64,000 nucleotides of DNA from Acanthaster planci (lineage: Eukaryota): NCBI RefSeq assembly GCF_001949145.1, contig NW_019091360.1:1857599-1921598 (forward strand), read 5' to 3'. The position numbers were made by a program, and so were the translations under genes. The notes under the pieces were generated by a model. It made no database searches. It was not told the DNA's origin and saw only the letters and a program-made list of their open reading frames with translations. Below, piece after piece: positions 52,109 to 64,000 of this stretch (position 1 is its first letter; each line of letters opens with the position of its first letter).

Positions 52109-53506
52109 GATCAGCCACGTCTGGGAACTACTCCTCTAGCCATGCTTGCCGCTACCTGCAACAAGATTGGTACCAAGACCCCACCACCATCTATGACTGA
52201 CGTCTCCACCCCCCAGACCAAAGGCTTTCTACCCTTCAAAAAGACTCCCTCCATGTCCGACCTACCCACAGCTCTAGCCGACTCTAGGATGCCCACCGTC
52301 CCTTCCGCCTCGGCGGCCAACGGCTTTACTCCTTACTCCATTTCGCCGGCCGTGGCCGTCCACAACTCCTCATTGACCAGCTCCACGGCGGCCGCCGCCG
52401 CCTACAACGAGATGCTGGCCCACGGAAGGACTTCCCTTAAATCCAGCCTGCCGTGGACCTCCACAGATTCCGCGTCCCAGCCGGCCATAATCCACAAACT
52501 GCACGGCAGCACGGCCGACCACTTGGTAAACGTCTGCCCTGGCGTGCCCATTTGCCCGCACCCCTACGACTCGTGGCTGAAGGCGTCCACCGCGGCCGCA
52601 GCCGGCATCGCAAGGGACTCTAGCTCGGCCTCCACCCTCAGCTGGTGGGAGCTGCGCGGTGGCTCGAGTTGGCTAGACCTCCACCCGAGCACCGCCGTGG
52701 CGCTCAGCTCCCAGCTCCCCAAATATTCCAGTTACGCTGCTGAGTGTGCTGCCTTGAACGCCACCCACCCTGTGTTCAGCACCCCGAGTGGCCACCCCTT
52801 CATGACCGCGCCTCCCCTCTTCACCCACGATAGTCTGGGATCTTTAGTACCGCCGGGCTGCGATCTGATGAGCTTGTCCCAGATGCGATCCCCCTTCCTG
52901 ACGCCCAGTGGATTCAGCGGACTCTCCCTGTCATCCCGAGCAAACCGGCGATACACGGGTCGGGCCACCTGCGACTGCCCAAATTGCCAGGAGAACGAGC
53001 GGCTGGCCGCGGCCGGCCAACCCATACGCAAAAAGAACATCCACACCTGCCACATCCCAGGGTGCGGCAAGATCTACGGCAAAACGTCCCACCTCAAGGC
53101 CCACCTGCGCTGGCACACGGGCGAGCGGCCCTTCGTCTGCAACTGGCTGTTCTGCGGAAAGCGATTCACCCGGTCGGACGAGCTCCAGCGGCATCTACGG
53201 ACCCACACGGGCGAGAAACGATTCGCCTGCCCCACGTGCAACAAGCGATTCATGCGGAGCGACCACCTGAGCAAGCATATCAAAACTCACAACGGCAACA
53301 CCAGCAGCAGCAGTAGCACAGCCAGCAGCAGCACCTCTTCAACTGCTAAGAAGAATGCCGTAGCCGCTGCCAGCGGTAGCGAGTCGGAGAGCAGTCCAGG
53401 TGAGCTGGGGAGCGAGGGGAATCCTTCCCCTCTCCCAACAAAGAACACGAGCTCCTCGTCGTCGTCGTCCAGGAGCCAGCACGAGGTAAAGATGATCACA
53501 TCTTAA
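52109..53506 (+). CDS. Sp6-9: Sp6-9 (Sp8/Sp9-like) C2H2 zinc-finger transcription factor, coding exon 2 (472 aa with exon 1; 454 aa from Met at 52142)
   Basis: Contains the Sp box [14 protein letters not shown], the Sp8/9-type motifs HPYDSWLK and [15 protein letters not shown], the buttonhead box [16 protein letters not shown], and three C2H2 fingers ([67 protein letters not shown]). Ser-rich tail; TAA at 53504-53506. Confidence 0.97.
   Translation, partial: DQPRLGTTPLAMLAATCNKIGTKTPPPSMTDVSTPQTKGFLPFKKTPSMSDLPTALADSRMPTVPSASAANGFTPYSISPAVAVHNSSLTSSTAAAAAYNEMLAHGRTSLKSSLPWTSTDSASQPAIIHKLHGSTADHLVNVCPGVPICPHPYDSWLKASTAAAAGIARDSSSASTLSWWELRGGSSWLDLHPSTAVALSSQLPKYSSYAAECAALNATHPVFSTPSGHPFMTAPPLFTHDSLGSLVPPGCDLMSLSQMRSPFLTPSGFSGLSLSSRANRRYTGRATCDCPNCQENERLAAAGQPIRKKNIHTCHIPGCGKIYGKTSHLKAHLRWHTGERPFVCNWLFCGKRFTRSDELQRHLRTHTGEKRFACPTCNKRFMRSDHLSKHIKTHNGNTSSSSSTASSSTSSTAKKNAVAAASGSESESSPGELGSEGNPSPLPTKNTSSSSSSSRSQHEVKMITS
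52961..53290 (+). other. Buttonhead box (52961-52993) and three C2H2 zinc fingers (53042-53290)
   Basis: Direct translation, with TGERPF and TGEKRF linkers and Sp-type recognition helices KTSHLKA, RSDELQR and RSDHLSK. Confidence 0.97.
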
Positions 53507-56500
53507 AAAGGTGACAAGACAGACTCTACAACAAACACATTTCATTGGTATTCGCCGCTAAGCCACAGCCAGCAGTCTTGCAGTGTTCTCGCAAAGTCTC
53601 GTCAAATCCCGAAAAGTGGTGTGTGTGTATGTTTATAGAGATATTCCTTTTTTTTCTAGCAGGGAGCTCGACGCCTATTGTGGATTCCTTTTAAGAAACA
53701 CGACGTCGCATTTGGTGGCGTCTGTGTCGGTCACAACTACAGCAAAAATAAAACGTTTAATCCTTAATAATTGTTACACGGTGTGTGGTGAGTGTGTGTA
53801 CATGACGTGTGTATATAATGCAGGCAATATGTTATCAGAACTTCTCTACAAATTCCCGGTTTTCGAGACTGAAATAGAGTAAGTAACGACCACGCTTGCC
53901 ACCCACTATTGAAGATTTCTGTTGTAGAAGTTATCAGTTTCCATTTACCCGAAGACAATTCGAAATTGACATGGGGTTGTCTGGCATGTGTATATTGTTG
54001 AATTCGAGGCTAAAACTGTCCTACTTCTATCGGCAACATTTTTTTCTGCATCGATATGACAATTTTGTCTTCAGTCACTGTTCAAAAGTATTTACTCCAG
54101 AAAATTTTATTACTCGGCGTTTTTTGTTGTAGCACTTGTAGATGTTGCAGTCCTGATTTCAACCTGACCGTCTCATTAGGGGCGGAGGTTTTTTTTTTGG
54201 GGGGGGGTGATAGGCAATTTGTGTACACGTATTTGTTTGGTCATTGTCGAGGTTTAAGGCTTCATGTTGGGGGGTTTTACACACTGCGGAGGAGAGGATA
54301 ATGAAACATTTCCAAAACTCGTCCTTCTTTCTTTGAACTTGAGCTTACAAACCGAAAAGTGATCCTCTTGACCCTTTGCCCCCTCCATTGCATTCGCCAG
54401 TGATTCACATGTCCGGCCAAAATGTTTGACTAGGGAAATTTTCAAAAGCTCCCAACGTCACAACATTCAACATTAAAATGTCAACGTGTCTTTTCTACTG
54501 GCAGAAATAAGATTTTTCTTCTACTTGTCGGAAAATCTAACAATCTCACTAATAATGAGAGAGGTCTATGTCTTCGCAAAAAGTGAACATTTTCTTTGTT
54601 CAAATCCCAACAATATGAAGTTATGGATTCTTGCACAATGCAAGAAATCATTCAGGAATTTTACACTCACAATTTGACCATATTCCAATCTAATACCGAT
54701 TAATAACATTCTGTTGAAATGTTTTCATTTTGAAAAGGAGGATATTTGGAAATTTCCTAAGAACAGTCGAAACCTAAATAACTTTCATACATGGAGAATT
54801 CCACACACTATTGCTTCAGGATCAAACCGTGCTTTCAGCTTCTTGTGTAAACTGCATTTTTAGAGAAGAAATGTCGACTTTAAAGTGCACCCAAGTCTCG
54901 CAATTCAATAGCAATGTGCTTCAAGGGGCACCTTTCCAAGGGAGAAATTAAAGTGTGAAAGTGCGAGATAAATCGAGAGAACGCGAGAGATGAGTGAGTC
55001 TTTACTTTCATGTGCAAACAGTAGGTATATTACTTGTACGTCTGTTATACTTTCTTTTTTGTTAGAGTAAACCCACTGCTTTCTACCTCACGTTTAGTGT
55101 CCCGCACAAACTTCACACTTAATGTCGTTTGCATTCACTCCCCTGCTTTCCCGCCATTTTGTATTCCCATGTTGAACGCAAGGGCAACGGCAATGCGTAT
55201 ATAGTTTTCTTGATTAGATTTACAACTCGTAAAATTTAATTTGTGAGCTCGAATCGGTCCGCGTCTTAGACGAAAGAGGCATTATTCCTCTTGTATAATG
55301 GGTTGAAGTATGACTTTGGGGGCCTTTTTTTCATTCTGTGATTTTTCGAACCGAATGAGTCGATTGCATTTTCTATAGCTTCTGCCGAGCTTCTGCCGGC
55401 GAGGCTTATCTAATTTCGATTCTGTGATGCATCGAATATTGATTTTTCTCCCCTCTGAGCCGATTATGTCAGCCTTACCTCTTGACTTACAACGTACGGT
55501 TTCTATTTTATTCCTCCAAACCGAATAATAAGCGTTATAGTGTTCCTACAACCGAACCAAGTATTCCGTAGCATTCCGTCTCAGTGCTCTTCTCACTGTG
55601 AATTGGGGTCATTTTGCCTAAATGTCAATTCGCTCTTTGTTCATTCATATAACTTTGGAATCATTGACTGAAAGAAATCAGTGTTGTTTTTCTCAACAGT
55701 GTGAGGGACTTATCGAGCTCTAAACCTTTCAATCGTCACAGGTTTCTCTTCTTTAACTTGTAAAAATTACTTAAAACCGTAGGTAGCAACGACAATTTCG
55801 GGAAAATGTTATCTAAATCCCATTCAGTTGCCATGTAAATCTCAGATGCCTGATTCTTTTGTGTAGTCTTTTTGCGAGAGATTGTCTCCGTGATGTTTTG
55901 GTTCAGAATTATTTTTTTTCACCGCCTTGAGAAGGACAAAAAAATGCCCACGATGTATTCGGCTACGTCAGTAGTCATGTGGTTCCTTTCAAAACATGTA
56001 TTCCGGACTGTTTTGTATTCCTAGTCAGTCTATCTATCATGTTGTTTTTTGAGGAGGGGGTTCGTATCGTGTGTGGATGTGCTCATTTTTTGATTTTAGG
56101 TCCATGAAGGCCACATGATGTCAACCTCATAAGATCGGTTCAAGGATCCGCTGAAGTTGACATGTAAAACAATTGACATGTACGTCACGATTAGCAGACA
56201 ACGCTGATAAACAATAGAACTCAGAATTTCCATAAGTGGTGTTTCCAGATTAGGCCAACCTACTGAAAAAAAGAAACACCAAAGATGTCATTCTTTAGAA
56301 ACCCAGTCCACTTGGTTTTGTTTCGATGATGTTTCAATTGTGGGTAGCTTACATGTGCGTCGTGGTCATCTTTTTTTACCCTCTTTTTCAAAAGGTGCGA
56401 AAATACAGGCGGTTTATCAAACTTGAGCAGTATTCTCTTCCAGAAAAGCTGTTTTTGTAGAATTCCAAATTCGTCTGCACACGAGGCGTATTTCGAGGCA

Positions 56501-56860
56501 CACTCTTCATCGTGGAAACGCTCGTGTAAGATTTAAAGCAGTGTAGTTCTTGTTTTATCCACTATCTTAAAATAGTAAAAATTCACACATCTCTGTATTG
56601 TGGTACACGACTTGTAATTTGAACACTAGGTGTTTACGGCGTCGTCGACCTCTTTCTTTTCTGTATTTTTTCGGAGTTTTATTTGGTTTATAATGAGTAA
56701 TAAAGACTATATCAGTGCACATACTAGGCGCCTGTCCCACAGGTATGTACATATTTAAATGTAAGAGTGTATAATTACCATTACTATAGAGTGTGGGGCT
56801 ATAATATTGATATTATAAATGTTGATTAAAATGATTGTCTTATAGTGTAAATGCGTTTGG
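53507..56860 (+). other. Probable long 3' UTR with alternative polyadenylation signals
   Basis: U-rich sequence with proximal AATAAA at 53747-53752, distal AATAAA at 56699-56704, and ATTAAA at 56825-56830 followed by GT/T-rich sequence. Confidence 0.4.
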
Positions 56861-59800
56861 TGTTTCTGTATTTGCTTTCGAACGGTGTCACCAGACTGTT
56901 TGGTATGCTGTGTGTATGTATGTCGATATTTTAATGGCGGCATATTGGTTTGATTCCCAGACGTTTCAAACGAGGATAGAACAAGGCTGCTTTTTAACAT
57001 TTGTTTCACGTTGCTTTGTACACAAGGTCCCTGTTTTTGTGCCGCTCATATAACATAATCCCAAAGATAGAAAAAGCATATATTGAAAACGTTTTCGAGA
57101 AATGTACCAGGAGAAAGTCAGGAAACAAGGGGTCCAGCAGAGCTTTTGAAGTTCCCCAGTTTTCTCTTGAATAGATCGTCAAAGTTTCGAGTTACTGACT
57201 GACTGTCTTATGATGTCAAAGACATCCCTAGATTTCAGAGACATGCCAGGTAATTTAAGAATGATCTGGCGGCTTTGCTTGAAACGATTTTCAATCTTGA
57301 AGGCTCCAAACATTAAATGTTTGTTGCCTTTTTGTTATAAGACATCTGAATTATATTTTTTTGTATGACTGACCGCTGTATATCTGCTCCATGGGTATAG
57401 TTGATATTCATGGGGTGGGGAGTGACGGATTTCCTCTTCATATGTTCCCGGGTTGGGGTCATTTGCGAATTCACAACACCTACAGACCATGTCTCATTAA
57501 CATGCCACCAAACCTGAGCTAGACCGTTGGAAGTAACCCTGTTTGTCCGTCCGTCTGTATGTCCCCTGATTTCAGTTTTGTCTGTTTGTCCAAATCCAAA
57601 AACATCTGCTCTGGCACCATGTCAAAGTGGATAACTAACGGCGAGTATCGGTGGCAAAAACCGGCAAGATTGATGCTCTGATCGGCGTGTGGGGTCGACG
57701 GACTCCAACGGCCTCTCCAGCACCATCATGAGCTAACAACGGTAATAAAAAGAAAAACGAAATGATTTTGAATCGGACATAATGGAGTGGTGTTCGACCG
57801 CTGGCAGCGCAAGAGAGAGAGGTCTGTTGTACAGCCAGAAATGGGGAAATTATCCATTCGAGAAATGGAGGCAAAACAGGTCGGGTGTGAGATGTAGATT
57901 TAGCATTGGCAGACACCGAGTAGTGTGGGGAGATTACTAAAATGAATTTTCCTAGGTATGTCCTTCAAAGCAAAGTAAAAGTATAGGAATATATGATTAA
58001 CGGAGATGGACTTTTTCTTTGGACGATGCATGTGCCCTATGACATTTTTGCGGCATGGTAACCGGCCTAGGCCCGTCCGCCTCACTGTAACAATGACAAT
58101 ACGCCAACAATTGTAACTTTGTTTTTAATACTGTGTTCTTCGATATTTCCAGTGATGAGCATAGGGTTTTGCTTTCTTGCATATGGGAAGTCAGTGGGAA
58201 CTTGACCAAAACACATGGTTGTACAAGCACTTAGCACACAATCTCGGGCAATTAACTTGCATTGGATGACAGTGCAGAGTCTCCAATCAGAGTGACTTCT
58301 TAGGGGCGTGTTATTGGTATAGAGAGGGGGGATTTGGAAGAACAGAGATAGGTTGATTGTTTTGTGGGGATGGAGCTTATGAAGGGAAATGTAATTTTAA
58401 TGTAGCTTTCAAAACGAAGAGTCATATAGGATCGGAGATTATGCTAGGACAATTTAAAATACATGTTGACGTTACTGGTGCAATGATGCGAATTATCACT
58501 GGCCAATAGAATCATAATCATGGTTAGTATAGCATTCTTGGGATGTCAAGAGAATGTTTTCCTATTCAGCGCCCTGCAGTCCGAAGAGCAATACTGTAGC
58601 GCCATGCTGGCAAGAAACCGTGACGGGTGTCATTCTGTATAGGCATTGAACCGCGTGTGTCTGCAAGTCGGGCGGGGGTGGCCGGAGGGCACCGTTAGGG
58701 GAGGGGAAGGACGGTAAGAGAACAAGACATGCCTGAATATTTCTCAGTTTTCCTCGAATCGGAACCTAAAGATGCCTCCGTGTTAATGGCGTGCATATCC
58801 TTCAGGATGCAGGCCAGTACATAGGCTCCAAATGGGTTACGATATTCATGCCCTCAAATTATGTGTCATCAGTGCGTTTTGCCGACCATGGATTGGAGGG
58901 TTTGTAAAACAAGAAAAGGGAAGGCTTGAATAAAATGGTAAGCTTTGTTTTTCTGTGAAATTTGAGCAAATTCGCTTTATTTTACAATAGAATGTTAACA
59001 TCCTTTTATGAAACACGTCCTTGGCCTCTTGGACTGCTTAGACAGGTGATCATCATTGGATCGGAAATGTCTTCCAAGAGTCGTGGGTTTGCCACTATTG
59101 AAAATGAGCAGAAAACAAAAGGTGAGGAAATCAGTATTAAGTTGATTTGTTTCTAAAAACCTTGGACATGGGTGATATTTTAATTACCTCATCTTTTCTT
59201 TGAATTATGAGGTCTTTATCATTGTTTTTGGTGGATTATTGACCGGTGTATCACATAACCGATGACGAGCAGTCTGAAATAGATCAAGGGTGAAGCTTTT
59301 GTTTTTCCGTCCACAAGTTCCCTTGAAAAGGTTTGAATCTTTGTGAGATCCCAATCTGGCTATATCAGTTCGGCGATTTTTTAAGGTATCTTTGAATATG
59401 ATAATTTTCTCGGGATGAAAAAATTACTAAAAAAGATCGGAGAAAGTAAACGTCTTATTTACACAACCTCATTAATATTCCGGCCCATTATACATTGCAG
59501 CGTCAAAGCAATACTGATTTTACGAGACAGGAAAAAAACGCAACTAGATTCATAAACTGAAACTCCTAGTCAGGGGAAAGGCCTCGAATGTTCTGCATGA
59601 GCGAGCAGGGATCTTCTGTTGCCGTCATGCGTGTCGTAATCCCCGTCAACCGTGTCGACTCAATCCGTGCCTCCGGTTTCGTCACGACAGCGGAGGGAAC
59701 ACCACGGGGACTTCAGGGTAAAGTGAGCCGGCCACGCACGGCAATCCACTGCCCATTAAACATTATTGCTGGCTCATCGAGCCTCGCCGATAACACCAAA

Positions 59801-62800
59801 GAAGACACCGAGAGATGGATAGAGCAAGGGAGAAGGGGAAGACAAGAGGGGGGGGGGAGAATCGGCTGGCAAACCACGAACTTGGTTTTAAAGGAGGCGA
59901 TGGTACGGAGAGCGGTGTCTATGAGCGCGCGATGAATAATGAAGGGAGCTCGGCCCACTTGGAACGCCGAGTGTGACGGCGGTGTACACGCACCGGGAAG
60001 CGTTAGGTGGCAGTCGGAGTACAAGGTGTTGCAAGATGCTCTCCCCTGGGCAAACGACTTTGCCCGAACAAGACCATGGCTTCTTAAAAAAAAAGACAGA
60101 CAGAAAGACAGAAAAATTGAAGATCTAACTTTCCAGAAATTGCTCTCTTATTACAGTCTTTCCTTGCATGTGGGTATTAAGCAAGATGGAATTGTCTCAG
60201 CCCTTCCTACAAAATGTGACACTGGATCATGAAGTACCAATCGGGGAAAAAGTTGTCTAAAAATCGGCTAAACTAACCACGGCAATGGTAAAGGCTAATT
60301 GTAAACAGGCTCCAAATAGTGTCCATTTTTCATGATTTTATTTCATTCAAATGCTGTGCCATTAGCAGATTTTGTGACCAATAAATTCGATATCTTGTAG
60401 ACGGATCTGTGGACGGAACTGAAAGTTTGCATTTCTGTGAAATGTGGGTGAATGGTTGCCCTAAAATGCCTTATTTTAAAATGGAGTGCAGTGAGGTCTC
60501 ATTCCTTACAATGGCCGTGGACTGCAGGACTACTGTCAGGGATGATCATCTTTGGATGAAAATTTCTCCTAAAAGTCTTCAGATGGCCCACCAAAATTCG
60601 AACGAAAAATGGAAGGTGAACTTTCAGATTAATGTGTGTCGAGAGTTCAATTTTGCCGCAGCGAGGGTACTTATTTATGTAAAATTGCAGTTCACTGTAT
60701 CTGATCCGCAGCCTAATGTCCAATTCTGTGAAGGAAGCACAGACTTTGCAATGCCTTGTGGGTATAGCTTACCATCTCAATCAATGCGTGTTCATTTTGC
60801 AAGCTCATGTCACATGCACGCGGATGTGCTGACCCTTGTTGCTGTACAAACACAAAAAATACCAGCGCCCCGAACAAGCGAAAATTCAAGAAGAACGTAC
60901 ATCTCTTTTCATGGGCAACTGGCAAATCAGCACCCCTCAAAATTGGTGGAGACTCAAGTAAAATTATGACTGAAAAACCTACCAGATTAAATAATAAAGG
61001 AAAATAAAAGAAAAAAAATCAAATTAAATTTAAAACTTAGCAACACATTTCAAATACTCGAGGACAAAAGCCACTCCTTGTTAGAAGATTGTAAAATACA
61101 AGCTTTTTATAGGATCAATGTTAGTTTTTCAGCACCCATCATGAGATGCCAAGATAGTTGTGGATGGTTCCGGCATCGAGCTTTGAATAACTTACCACAT
61201 TAGAATTAACTTTGCATTCGAAATTAAACAAAGAGAACCATTGATGAAAACAGTCTGTTCGTGAGAAGTCTTCACACAGAGAAAGATCGGTTGTCTTGGA
61301 ACACAAGGAACGGTGGCTAAAAATAGCTAGCACGGAAGTTTCTTGTCTACAAAAGGTATGGAAGAGAAGAGTACTAAGTATGTGGAAAGTTTGATTTTGT
61401 AAAAAAAATCATAGAATGGTTCTTGTGGAACAAAACCTTCAACTCAGATGCATGCCGTGATCAAGTTATCGACGATTTCCATGCGTTCGATCTTTACTTT
61501 TTCTCGAATTTCAATTTTTAAAAAGGCCAGCAATTTGTTAAGTCCTCTGCAGTGAAGCGTAGAGGATGGCAGAACTGTCCTCATAACGTAAGTTATGGTA
61601 TCACCAAATTGGGAGTGAACATTTCAAATCTATTTTGGGGCCGCTCGACGACAATTTCAACGATCTTGGAAGGAAATAACAGTTGAGCTAACAAAGTCAA
61701 GAATAACGTGAATGGATACAACTCACAACGCGTCGTTCATATTGTGGCGTCAGGTAAAGACGAAGTCGACGCGAGAAATCTTTTACAGTCATTGTAATAA
61801 TGTGAATTTCAGTCTTATAAAAGTTAAATGGATTACCACTGACACATCCAAATTGATTGAAATTCAAGATTACAAAGGAAAAGAAGTTGTCTGGTTTCCT
61901 GTGTTCGTCTGTATTCTTAGGCCTACATTCTACTGGACTTGGATCTGTCACTATAAATAGGCTTAATGCAACCTCTTCCTTGATTGCTGAGAAATTCTAC
62001 ATTATAAATCGTACTTTCAATCGTAATTTCAGTCTTTCTAAATTTCAGTCTTAATTTGATGTTTATTGATGTCAAAAACAATTTCCAAGGCTATCACAGT
62101 ATTGGCTGCCAAGGCTGTTAGACTCCAAAACGTTTGAACCCTTTCAAGGAACCAGGTCAGACAGCCTCGCAGTGTAGGTTAGATTTCTTAAGCTGTACTG
62201 TCTTTTTCCTGGTTTCCAGTTAACCAACTGGACGTTTGGCAACCCTTTTGACGCCACCAAAAGGCATTTCAAGCTTGTTTGCCGATCCGGGACTGCCTGA
62301 GACCCTCATCCAAGATAGATTGACATGTGTAAAAACTCAAGGTCGGTCTTCAAGTCACTTGTGAGTGGCTTCAAGGTCTCTGCTCCGGATTGCGACGTCC
62401 AGTAGGCCTAAGTCCTGAAATCTCTCATTCATTTGGAACGCTTCCGTCCACCGTTAAAGCGCCTGCATCCATGGTGTGGCTATAAGGAGAACAGGTGTCA
62501 GGGTCAATTCCTCAGGTGATGGAAAAAAACAAGCCCGAAAATTGTGGATAACTTCGCAAGATTTGCGGGTCCTTGCGTGCGAGAAAGATGCGCGTGTACT
62601 GTAAACAGCTTCGTGCCTTCAGCGCATGACCCGACAACATTGTAGCCAAGCTGTCCGCACCAGACCACCCCGGATCAGTACGTCGGATAGCCGGTCATTG
62701 CCACTTACAGCCAAGGTCGGCCGGCCGGTGGGCCCATAAAGGGTAGGCCATGACCAAAGGCTTGGGGGGGAGCAGGGTTGAAGAAATGGGGACGGGTAGG

Positions 62801-64000
62801 GAGGGGAGGTTCAATTTAATACACAGAGGGCATTTTACCCGGCAAAGATATAGTCGAAGATGAGGATAACACGTTCAGCGAATGGGATTTCAAGATGCAA
62901 CAGGATTGCAGAAGTTTGTTCGTTAAATAATAATAAGTACATGAAAACACACAGTCCCTGGTCCGAAAGGGTTGGACAGTATTTTGAAGTGCAGTTATTT
63001 GGGTTGAATCGCTTCAAAATAGATGACTGAGAAATCAGTGTCTGTTTATGATAATTTGTGAGGGAAGCGGAGACGACAGTTTATTATGCCATCTGACAAA
63101 TTTTTGTCTCATTCGGAGAATTAGCTTAAATGTTGCATATGAAAACCTAGCCTTGCTAAATTCCACTTTGCAACGAATGTAACAGAAAACGTGAATGACA
63201 GAAGCACCGCAAAAATTAATGCTTGCTACTAAGGTATAGGTTTCTCTGGCTTTCTCTGTCTGTTTTTAATTCAGTTTTTTTACATCATTCTTGGAGCAGA
63301 GCGCGCATCCCACCTCTTTTTTCTCACCACGATGAAGCGGTCATTGGCACGGAAACCTTGCCTCACTGCGCGCGCCGCGATACCAAAATCCATATTCATC
63401 TTCTTTCACTGTATACGAGCCCAAAATCGACAATTCCTCTTCAAGATGCCCCGGGTGGAAGGGTTCGTCTCATCGGGGCGACACGGCGAGCCCGAGTGTA
63501 ATAGCTGCAGTGTAATAAGGGGCTGCTGGGGCCCTGCTTCCGGTAGCACCTCGGCGGGCATTGCCCCAGAACTCCCCCGGGCCAGGACTGACCCTGACTC
63601 CCGCTCGTCAGCCGACCAACAACGCCGTGCCTTCAATGTCATTAATAACGACTCGGGACAAAACCTGAGCTGATTTTTTTTATTCGACTCCCTCTGCAAT
63701 AGACTGATTGGCTGTGCCGTCCGTACCATACCTTTCATGTTGTTATTGATAACCCGTAAGACGAAGCAACAATTTGGGGTCAAAAGGATGTGCTGACAAG
63801 ACAAAAGAGGTAACAATATGCATCTAACTAATTTTATCTTGGTTATATTGGTTGGAAAGTGAAGAAAATTGGCGATATTTTATGTCTACTGTTTCCTGGC
63901 CATACATCCCCCCTTAATTTTTGGGGCGGAATGTGCTTCTATGGAAAGATTTTTGGCCTAAAAACTCTTTAGGGTGAAACTCTCTAGGGTGGCACTAAAT

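Noticed and set aside
52111..53545. Alternative-frame and antisense ORFs over exon 2
   Set aside because: Shadows of a GC-rich coding exon.
60409..60969. 186-aa plus-strand ORF
   Set aside because: Non-ATG start and no recognisable motif or exon structure.

Overview
This is AT-rich, CpG-retaining eukaryotic (bilaterian animal) genomic DNA with a 780-N assembly gap at 40740-41519. Only one protein-coding gene is supportable: a + strand Sp6-9 (Sp8/Sp9-like) zinc-finger transcription factor. The ORF track shows only its large exon (52142-53506). The sequence also contains a 21-nt coding first exon at 3531-3551 (MTSSLFG, then GTAAGT). It splices in phase 0 to an acceptor at 52108/52109 and rebuilds the family N-terminus [28 protein letters not shown] (472 aa). 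Most of the window is therefore one ~48.6-kb intron with many GC-richer, motif-dense islands, resembling a developmental regulatory landscape. Other elements seen: a non-autonomous foldback-type DNA transposon at 44-1323 (TAC...GTA ends, 6-bp near-perfect TSD, IS3EU-like); an 80-bp inverted repeat pair 3 kb apart in the intron; a uORF whose stop overlaps the main ATG; a probable second promoter just before exon 2; TCF+Helper-like motifs around exon 1; a CTCF-like motif; and over-represented TA-flanked 8-bp palindromes. No prokaryotic-type systems, RNA genes or CRISPR arrays are supported. All regulatory calls are motif-based inferences from manual reading.
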